This document shows positions 17,833 through 27,000 of a stretch of DNA of 45,891 nucleotides, piece after piece. Within the stretch, counting starts at the first letter, position 1. Each line of letters starts with the position of its first letter. This DNA is from Eubacteriales bacterium (GTDB taxonomy: Bacteria; Bacillota; Clostridia; Oscillospirales; CAG-272), in assembly GCA_045653745.1 (NCBI GenBank), contig JAZOMD010000109.1, forward strand, positions 1-45,891, given 5' to 3'. The position numbers were made by a program, and so were the translations under genes. Under the pieces are notes generated by a model. The model was not told where the DNA came from and made no database searches. It worked only from the letters and a program-made list of their open reading frames with translations.

Positions 17833-20697
17833 TCAGCGAACGGTGGAAACCCATTCCCAGCCCTCGCCGATATACTCATAGTAGTAGCAAAGCTTTACCC
17901 ACGAGTTTTCAACGTCCTTGAAGGTGTACTTATCCATAAGCATCTGCAAAATCTCGGCAAGCTCTGCATTTACAGCAACGCAGCCTCTGATTTCCAAATC
18001 GCCCTCGGTAATCATACTATTGTAATACTCGGTTATCTTTGCGGTCATATCCTCGCCGTCACCGTGATAGACGCCGGCTCTGGTTTCGGCAACCTTATGG
18101 AATTCGAAGTTCGCTTCGAAATCGTCACCCCACATCTGACGAAGCTGCTCGTCGGTGAAGTCGGCATAATGGTCGCTATCGCTCTTAGCAAAGTTGAAAG
18201 ATCCTTTTTCTATCATCTGGGCGAGCGAATTATAAGCAAAAATGCTTGTGAACATAGTGAAGTCAACGTAAATTTTCGAGCTTCCCATAGTTCCGTCGGG
18301 AAGAATATTGTAGTAATATCCGTCGTCCTCGTTAAGCTTAACCTTCACGCCGCCTGCGATAAGAAGGTTAGTAATGTTGCCGTCCTCGTCAAGAGCGTAG
18401 GTAAAGGGAGCTCCGGGAGAAACCGAGCGGAACAGAGAATAATCCTCGCCAAGGTACTCAATCTTGAAGCCGAAGCTGTCAAATTTGTAGGGGTCCTCGT
18501 ACGCGATGTCAATATAATAGGTAGTGCCTGCTTCAAAATAAGCGTGCATACGGACGTTATTGCCGTCGTCAAGAAGTCTCTCGCAGATAACGTGCTCGTA
18601 ATAGAGAGAGCCGTCCTCGAGGAATATCCAGCCTGCAAGGCCTGCACCGGTGTCATCTTTGTTAACGTTGGAAACGATACGGTAAGCTCCCGACTTCGTG
18701 GGAGTGAATGCATACCAGAGACCTCTGGGCATAATAACGCGGTCGTAGGTAACCACGTTGGGGTACTCGTCAAGTCCTACCTCAGCATTCTCAACGGTGG
18801 GGTAAGCAGAGTGAGGAGCAAGACCGATAATGGGGTCCTCAAGCTCAGCTCCGTCCGTTCCGTAAGCGTCGTAATAGAGGCAGAGCTGAAGCCACTGATT
18901 AGGATTGTCTTTTTCAACTCCTACGGCATTTACAACGATTTTAAGATAATCCGCAAGAGTAGCGTCAACCGTGCAAAGACCGTTGATTTTTGCATTGGAT
19001 GCGTAGTTGCAATATTTAACAATTGCGTCGTAATACTGCGCCAAATTGGCACTATTGTAAATAAAACCGTACACAGAGTTGTCAGACGAGAAGGGAGTGA
19101 CGCCCATAAGGTTGGCAAGAAGAAGCGGTCCGTTTTCATCTCCGACATGATAATATCCGTCGTTTCCGAGCACTACCGTAGCGTAGGTTTGGTATCCGTC
19201 GCCGTTATCAAACGGGTCTGTCGCAGCCCAGCGAGGAATGAAGGATGGGGTGGTTACAGCCTCTTCGTCCACCACGCGAACGTTCTTGATGTAAACGGTA
19301 TCAAGCTCGGTATCGGTAGACTCGTCCTTCAGGTAAATGATGGTAAACTTATAGGTACCCGCCTTGGTTGCTACGTACGGATAGCAGGTCTTCCATTCCG
19401 TGCTCACGCCGGATATGGTATTGATATTCACTCCGTCAACGAGCACGTAGAGAATGTCTGCGCCCTGCTCGGTCGAGGTGAAATAATCAAACGCAAACGC
19501 CTGTCCGGCGTCAAGAGTGACGTCCGCGTGCAGAGTTGCAAAGGAGCTGTCCTTCTTCGCGTTAGAGGACTTGATACAGGGAACTCCGTCCTTGTCGGTT
19601 ATAACGAACGGCCAGGAGTATTCAGCATCCACGCTGTCCTCTTCGGGATAATAATTTATAGTAATATCACCCGAGTTAAGAACCTCGGACATTTCTTCGT
19701 TTGAGGGCATTTCGATGTCGGGCTTCTCCTGAGGAGCGAGCTCCTCGTAATTGTTTATGAGCTTCTGCTCGTAATCTGCGCCCTTGAAGTGGTCGAATAT
19801 AACGTTGAAATACTTTTCTCCGGTGATAGCTCCGGGAACGATAAGACATACCGTGCCGTATCTGTCAACCATAACAGAGGTGGGGTACGCGGTTACACCG
19901 AAGGAGGTAGCAAGTCCGAAGGTGTCCTGCGCCATATCAAAGGTGAGTCCGTAGGAATTCTTGAACACCCTTATGTCTTCCATCGAATCGGTGGTGTATG
20001 GGTCGAGTGCCACGATGGCGATATCCTCAGAATAGGTCTGGTACGCAGACTCCATATAGGGAAACTCCTCAACGCACCACGAGCAGGTGGTGTACCAGAA
20101 GTTGATAAGAACCGCATCCTTCTCCTCGAGAAGCTTCGAGAGAGTCACGGTCTTTCCCTCGGTGGTGGTTACCGTGAAGTCACGCATTATGCTTCCGAGC
20201 CTGTAGGTAACACCCGTAAGCGAGGTGTTGCTTATGACCTTGGAAGTAAGAGTTATAGCCGCACTCGTGCCGCTGAAGGTGTAATAATCCTCTATCAGGT
20301 ATCCTTCGGGAACTCCGCTCAGCTTGATAGCGTATCCGTCGAGCTGAGGAAGCTTAACCGTTGCAATTCCGTTTGCGTCGGTGGTAGCATAGCCCTCGAG
20401 ATCCTCGAAGCTGTTATCCGAATAAACGGTTACCACAACGCCCTCGAGCGTCATTCCGCCGATAGTCTTAACGCTGACGGTGTAGTTTACTTTTTCTCCG
20501 GTGCCGTTACCGGTTCCGGGGGTATTGCCGGGCTTTACCGCCGCACCGCACTTGTCGCACTTGAGGTTGTTGTCGGCATCGACGCAAACCTTGCAGGTAT
20601 CGTTCTTATCTCCGCAGGAGGTAAGAGTTCCCACCGTCGCGCCAAACATAAGAACAAGCGCCAGAAGAAGCGCGAGCGCTCTGTTGAATTTTCTCAT
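17833..20697 (-). CDS. Large lipoprotein: 4-Cys module, prealbumin-like domain, TlpA/redoxin domain, and two DG[FY]Y...CxYY domains
   Basis: Start MRKFNR (GAAAGG RBS); lipobox LTSC; CKVCVDADNNLKCDKC; DFTVTT..LINFWYTTCSWCVEEFP...AYPTSVMVDRYG (thioredoxin fold); two copies of the shared domain. Confidence 0.9.
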   Translation of the reverse strand: MRKFNRALALLLALVLMFGATVGTLTSCGDKNDTCKVCVDADNNLKCDKCGAAVKPGNTPGTGNGTGEKVNYTVSVKTIGGMTLEGVVVTVYSDNSFEDLEGYATTDANGIATVKLPQLDGYAIKLSGVPEGYLIEDYYTFSGTSAAITLTSKVISNTSLTGVTYRLGSIMRDFTVTTTEGKTVTLSKLLEEKDAVLINFWYTTCSWCVEEFPYMESAYQTYSEDIAIVALDPYTTDSMEDIRVFKNSYGLTFDMAQDTFGLATSFGVTAYPTSVMVDRYGTVCLIVPGAITGEKYFNVIFDHFKGADYEQKLINNYEELAPQEKPDIEMPSNEEMSEVLNSGDITINYYPEEDSVDAEYSWPFVITDKDGVPCIKSSNAKKDSSFATLHADVTLDAGQAFAFDYFTSTEQGADILYVLVDGVNINTISGVSTEWKTCYPYVATKAGTYKFTIIYLKDESTDTELDTVYIKNVRVVDEEAVTTPSFIPRWAATDPFDNGDGYQTYATVVLGNDGYYHVGDENGPLLLANLMGVTPFSSDNSVYGFIYNSANLAQYYDAIVKYCNYASNAKINGLCTVDATLADYLKIVVNAVGVEKDNPNQWLQLCLYYDAYGTDGAELEDPIIGLAPHSAYPTVENAEVGLDEYPNVVTYDRVIMPRGLWYAFTPTKSGAYRIVSNVNKDDTGAGLAGWIFLEDGSLYYEHVICERLLDDGNNVRMHAYFEAGTTYYIDIAYEDPYKFDSFGFKIEYLGEDYSLFRSVSPGAPFTYALDEDGNITNLLIAGGVKVKLNEDDGYYYNILPDGTMGSSKIYVDFTMFTSIFAYNSLAQMIEKGSFNFAKSDSDHYADFTDEQLRQMWGDDFEANFEFHKVAETRAGVYHGDGEDMTAKITEYYNSMITEGDLEIRGCVAVNAELAEILQMLMDKYTFKDVENSWVKLCYYYEYIGEGWEWVSTVR

Positions 20698-20856
20698 CTT
20701 TCTTTTTCCTTTCACGTAAGTCCGCTTGCAAGTTTTCGTTTCTGACAAAAGATAACGCGGTGCAAGTGGGATTTGAAAACCTTATCCCGAGAGTTTTTTA
20801 CGAAAAACACGAAAATTCTTCATCTTCTCGGGCAATAATTATATTTTCACCCTTTT

Positions 20857-20885
20857 ATCATATCACATTATTTTCCTTTTTGCAA
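20857..20885 (-). promoter_or_regulatory. Sigma-A promoter for the TlpA-lipoprotein
   Basis: Minus strand TTGCAA-17 bp-TATGAT with extended TG. Confidence 0.65.
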
Positions 20886-20938
20886 GTAGTTAGAGCGAAT
20901 TAAAATGTAGACAAATTGTTATTTTTTAGTGAAAAGAC

Positions 20939-20967
20939 TTGATTTAAGGCGTTTTTTATTGTATAAT
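20939..20967 (+). promoter_or_regulatory. Sigma-A promoter for the protease-opp operon
   Basis: TTGATT-17 bp-TATAAT, back-to-back with the 20857-20885 promoter. Confidence 0.7.
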
Positions 20968-21046
20968 ATTTGGTATATTTATAATTTTATTTAAATATAT
21001 AACGAAATTCATTTAGTATTAAATTGAGCAGAAAGGCTATCAAATA

Positions 21047-24000
21047 ATGAACAGAAGAAGAAAACTAACTCTCATCATCTCTGTGGTACTGCTTCTTGCG
21101 TGCGTCTTCTCGACGATGTCATCGGCATTATCCGGAGTGACCGACGGAAAGCTTGGCGATTCACCGTACATAACCGAGCTCGGCGACAAGTTGAAGGTTG
21201 ATTCGAGCCAATTTTACGACGGCACGGTAATCCACCGCCTTCCCAGCACGGTCAAGGATACCGACGTGCTCTCGCTTATTATCGAAATAGACGGAGACGC
21301 TATACTCAGCGCCTACGACTCTGCCGATACGACGATGAGCCTTGCGGAATTCTATAATTCCGAAGCCGCAATTGCAATAAGAGAAAACACGGCAGACGAA
21401 GCGGCGAGGCTTTGCGAAAAGCTTTCCGAAAAAGACATCGACTACGCGCTCGGAGAAAGCTATACCACGATTTTCGCAGGCTTTGAGATCACCGTCAAGG
21501 CATCCGACTTCGTTGACGTTTGCCAGACTCTCGGAAGCGGCGTGGAGGTTATAGTCGGTGACGTTTACGAAACCGAGGAGACCAAGCTCGTTGAGAATAA
21601 CGTAAACGCATTCGAAACCGGTATATTCGACACTACCGGATTTGATTACGACGGAACCGGAATGGTGGTTGCCGTTCTCGACACCGGCACGGACTATTAT
21701 CACACCGCGTTCTCCACGGGCAACTTTACCGCGCCCGAGGAAAAATGGGGTCTTACCTTTGCAGAGGTTGAGGCTCTCGTGGGCAAGACCGCAGCAAGCG
21801 GATTCGAGTCCAACCTCACAGCCTCCGACGTTTATATCAGCGGAAAGCTTCCTTACGGATACGACTATGCTGATAAGGATTCCGACGTATTCCCCATAAA
21901 CAGCCAGCACGGAACTCACGTTGCAGGTATTATCGCAGGTAAGGACGACAAAATCACGGGTGTTGCTCCCAACGCTCAGATTGTCACGATGAAAATTTTC
22001 TCCGACGTTGAGCAGACCTCCCGTACCTCTTGGATACTCGCAGCGCTTGAGGACTGCGTGGTTCTCGGCGTTGACGTAATCAATATGTCGATAGGTACCG
22101 GATGCGGATTCAGCCGTGAGAGCGACAAGGAAAAGATTTCCGGCGTTTACGACAAAATCCGCGAGCGCGGAATCAGTATGATAGTTGCAGCCTCCAACAG
22201 CTTCAACTCCACCTACTCCTCCGAGAAGAACGGTAACCTCGGTCTTACCTCCAACCCCGACAGCGCGACCGTCGGTTCTCCTTCCACCTACGACGGAGCT
22301 ATGTCGGTTGCATCTATCGAGGGCGCAAAGACCTCTTACATTCTTTTCGGCAAGAGAATAATCTACTTTGAAGAATCCACCAACAGAGTTTCCGAGGAAA
22401 AGCACTTCGTAGAGGAGCTTCTCGGCTCCGAAAACAAGGAGCTCGAAATAGAATACGTCGTAATTCCCGGCTCGGGTATCGAGGCAGACTACACGGGAAT
22501 CAACGTCAAGGGCAAGATAGCTCTTATCCGCAGAGGAACCACCACCTTCGAGGAAAAGGCTAACACCGCCGAGAAGATGGGTGCTGCCGGCGCTATCATC
22601 TACAACAACGTTTCGGGTGATATCAAGATGAACGTGGGCGAAACCGCAATTCCCGTCTGCTCGATATCCCAGAACGACGGTGAGGCGCTTGCGGAAAATC
22701 CCAGCGGCAAGATAAAAGTCAGCTACTCTCAGGCGGCCGGACCCTTCATGTCCGACTTCTCCTCTTGGGGCCCTGCTCCCGATCTTTCCCTTAAGCCCGA
22801 GATAACCGCGCACGGCGGCTCGATACTCTCTGCCGTTCCCGGTCAGGATTACGACAGAATATCGGGAACCTCGATGGCAACCCCCAACATCACCGGCGTT
22901 ACCACGCTTCTGCGCCAGTACGTAATGGCTAACTTCCCCGAGAGCGTTACCTCCGACCCCGTTGAGGTAAACTCGGTAATCAACAGACTTATGATGTCCA
23001 CGGCGGATATCATTTACAACAAGAACGGAAATCCCTATTCCGTCAGAAAGCAGGGCGCAGGTCTTGCAAACCTCGTTAACTGTGCGTCCACCACGGCATA
23101 TATCCTCACCTACGACAGAGCTGAGGGAAGCGTTATGGACAAGTCGAAGATAGAGCTCGGCGACGATCCTTCCAAGACGGGCGTTTACACTCTCGTATTC
23201 ACCGTCGACAACTTCGGCACCTCCTCGCTCAGCTACGACGTTTCGGCTCTCGTTATGACCGAGGGTGTCAGCGAAACCAAGACTAACCAGGGTGAAACCA
23301 CCGTTACGGAGACCGCATATATGCTCGGTGCGGCTACCGAGATAGTTTCGGTTATCGGCGGTGAGCAGACGGGAAATAAGATTTCCGTAGCGGCGGCAAG
23401 CAAGGCTACCGTAACCCTTAAGATAACCCTCGACGGCGAATCGAAGAAGTATCTTGACGAGTCCTTTGAAAACGGTATGTACGTAGAGGGCTTCGTGCTC
23501 CTCGATGCAGAGGGCGAGACCGTTGACCTCAACGTGCCTTACCTTGCATTCTACGGCGACTGGACGAAGGCTCCCATGTTCGACCTTGATTTCTATGAAA
23601 CCAACAAGGACGAGCTTGACGACTCCATCGACGTTCTCGACAAGACTCTCCCCGACGCTTACGCAACCCGTCCCATAGGCGGAATTTCCGACGACTACGT
23701 TTCCTACCTCGGTTCCTTCTACTACGAGCAGAAGCCCGGCTCTAACAAAATCAGTGCAGACAGAAAATACATCTCTCTTACCAACCAGGCAAACGGTGTC
23801 AACAACCTCAGATACGTCTGGGCAGGACTTCTCCGTAACGCAGACAGAGTTGAGATTACCATAACCGAGGACTCGACGGGCGAGGTGGTATTCGAGACGG
23901 TTGACAAGGACATCAGAAAATCCTACGGTGACGGCGGTCCTATCCGCCCCTCAAACATCGACGTAGGCTTCAGTGCAATAGACGAAAACCTCAAGAACAA

Positions 24001-27000
24001 CGCGAAATATACCGTAAATCTTAAAGGATACCTCGACTACGGCGACGGCGGCGGAGATACCAACTCGAACAACACCTTCACCTTCCCCATCACCGTAGAC
24101 TTTGAGGCTCCCACTCTTACGGACTGCGAGTTCTACACGGAATACGACAAGTCGGCTAAGAAGAACAGGCTTTACGCCAAAATGGCAATATACGATAACC
24201 ATTACTCTATGGCGCTTCTTCCCGGCTACGTAGGACTTGATACCTCGACCGGCGAGTTCAGACTCGACAACTTCGAGCGTTATCTCACTCCCATATACTC
24301 CGAGGAAAATTCCACCTCCTACGTAGTTTACGAGCTTACCGACTATATCGACGATATCAAGGAAAAGTCCTATCACAAGAACACCTTCGCTATCTCGGTT
24401 TACGACTACGCGCTCAACATCTCTACCTACGAAATAGCACTCCCCTATGAATATACCGACCTCTATTTCGAAGAGACCGATATAACCCTCAGCCCCAACC
24501 AGACCTACGACCTCTCCCCCATAGTTTATCCCGACACGGAATGGGGTGAGCTCGTTACATACACCTCCACCAAGGAGAGCGTTGCAAGAGTTGTAAATAA
24601 CAAGCTCGTTGCTACCGGCTCGGGTACTGCGGTAATTTATGCTACGGCAGAGCTTAAGGACGGCTCGACCATCACCCGTAAGCTCAACGTCAAGGTGCTC
24701 TCCAAGGGTGACGCAGGCTATAAGAAATTCGATGCGCCCGTAGTAGACAGCTTCACTCTTTCTGGCTACTATGTAAACAAAGCTTTCTATTTCCTGAGCT
24801 CCGACGAGCGTGATATAGGTGAAACCGGTGACACGATGATCTTCTCCGGGAACAACTATAATCTCAAGATGTTCCCGTCCGAATCGGTTTCTATATTCTA
24901 CGATCTTGACGCGTACTTCCCGAAGCTGACCAAGATAGTATTCGAATCGAGCAACGAGGCTATTGCCAAGGTTACCGAGGACGGTACGATAACCGCTGTT
25001 AAGGAAGGCTACGCATCCATAACGGCAAAGGTGCTTATGGACGGAAAGAGCACCTTCTATTCTCAGACTATCGGAATTGAGGTCAAGGAGCCCTATGTAA
25101 CGAGTGGCCCTGCCCTCAGCAATTACTTCGGTAACGGCGGCGTCGTTTCCATTCCCTCCACTCTCGGCATTACCGAAATAGGTCAGTTCGCATTCTCGAA
25201 CTTCGATTATATCCCCAAGGACGAGAACGATGAAATCTCCGAGGAATCGCCCGAGTATACCAAGATATGGTATATCGGTGACGACACTATTGAGGAGGTT
25301 ATTATCCCCGAGGGCGTTGAAAAGATAGGCGCCTATGCGTTTGCAAACCTTACGAAGCTGCGCAAGGTGTACCTTCCCTCCACCCTTACCACTATTGATT
25401 ACGGTGCATTCTACGGCTGTAATATGCTCACGAGCGTGGTAGGCATCGGGAACGTTAAGTTCATCAACCAGAACGCCTTCGCAAACTGCGCACTCGACGG
25501 TGCTATGTCCTTTGACTCCGCGGTGGCTATTGCAGACTATGCGTTTGCAAACAACCCTCTTATCAGCTCCGTCGAGCTTTCCGCCTCGACTCAGTCGGTG
25601 GGTGCCTTCGCGTTCGCAAACAACACCTCGCTTGCATCTCTTTCTATCGGCTCGGACAGCATTAAGCTCGGTCAGTACGCATTCTCGGGCTGCTCGAAGC
25701 TTACGTCGGTTTCGGTTAACGCGCCGGTTATTCCCGCAGGAGCATTCAACGATTGTACCTCTCTTCGCACGGTTGAGCTCGGCCGCGACGTTGCGGTTAT
25801 AGGCGAGTACGCATTCAGAAACGCACAGCTCACCTCCTTTACCGTGAAGGAAGGAAACGAGACCTTCTTTGCTACGACCGCTCCCTACCTTCTCAGCGCC
25901 GACGGCACCGAGATAATGCTCGTAGCTCCTGCTACGACGAGCCTTAACGTCAGCGATACGAAGATAACCTCTATCGCAGCGGGCGCGTTCTCGGGCAACT
26001 CTAAGATAACGAGCGTCACCATTCCCTCGGTAACAAGGGTTGCAGGCTACGCATTCTCCGAATGTACCTCTCTTGCAGAGGTTAATCTCGGCAAGCTCAC
26101 TCTTATCGGCGACTATGCATTCTATAACACCGCCATCAAAACAGTCCCCGAAAACAGTGCAGACGTTATAGGTAAATACGCATTTGCAAATACATTCATA
26201 ACCTCTGTCACCATCTCCGACGGTACGGTTATCGGAGAGGGAGCGTTCGATCAGTGCAAGGCGCTCGCAAGCGTTACCATCGGCGATAACGTCGAGATAG
26301 GCAAGTACGCATTCCGCTACAACAACAACAGATCCGACTACACCTCGTCCTACTACACCGTAGACGGAACGCGTATATTCTACTACATCTACAAGTCTCC
26401 TCTTAAGTCCCTTACTATCGGCAAAAACGCCAACATAGGCGAGGCTGCATTCTGGTTTGCATCGGAGCTTAAGAGCGTTACTCTCGGCGAGGGTGCGATA
26501 ATAGGAAATTACGCATTCTACACCGCGGCTTCGCTTGAAAGCATTGATCTTTCCAAGGCGCTCAGCATTGGCGACGGTGCATTCTCGGGTGATATTCTCT
26601 ACGAATATCTCGATCAGGACCTTTCCACCACGGCAGTGGACGAGAACGGATACGATCTCTACAGATACTACGCTCCCAAATTCGTTTCGGTAGATCTTTC
26701 GAGCGCCGAGAAGATAGGCAAGGACGCATTCGCCTACTGCAGAGAGCTCAAAACCGTTACTCTCGGTGACGCTATCACGGAAATTCCCGAGGGCGCATTC
26801 AGATACTGCTCGAGCCTTACCTCTATAAATCTCAGCAAGGTCGTCAAGATAGCCGATTACGCATTCAACAGATCCGCTATCACCAGCCTCACTCTCGACT
26901 CTGCAGTTGAGATAGGAAAATTTGCATTCCTTGAATCTGCCGCACTCACGTCGGTTACCTTCTCGGAGAGCATCGAAAAGATAGACGAGGGCGCATTTGC

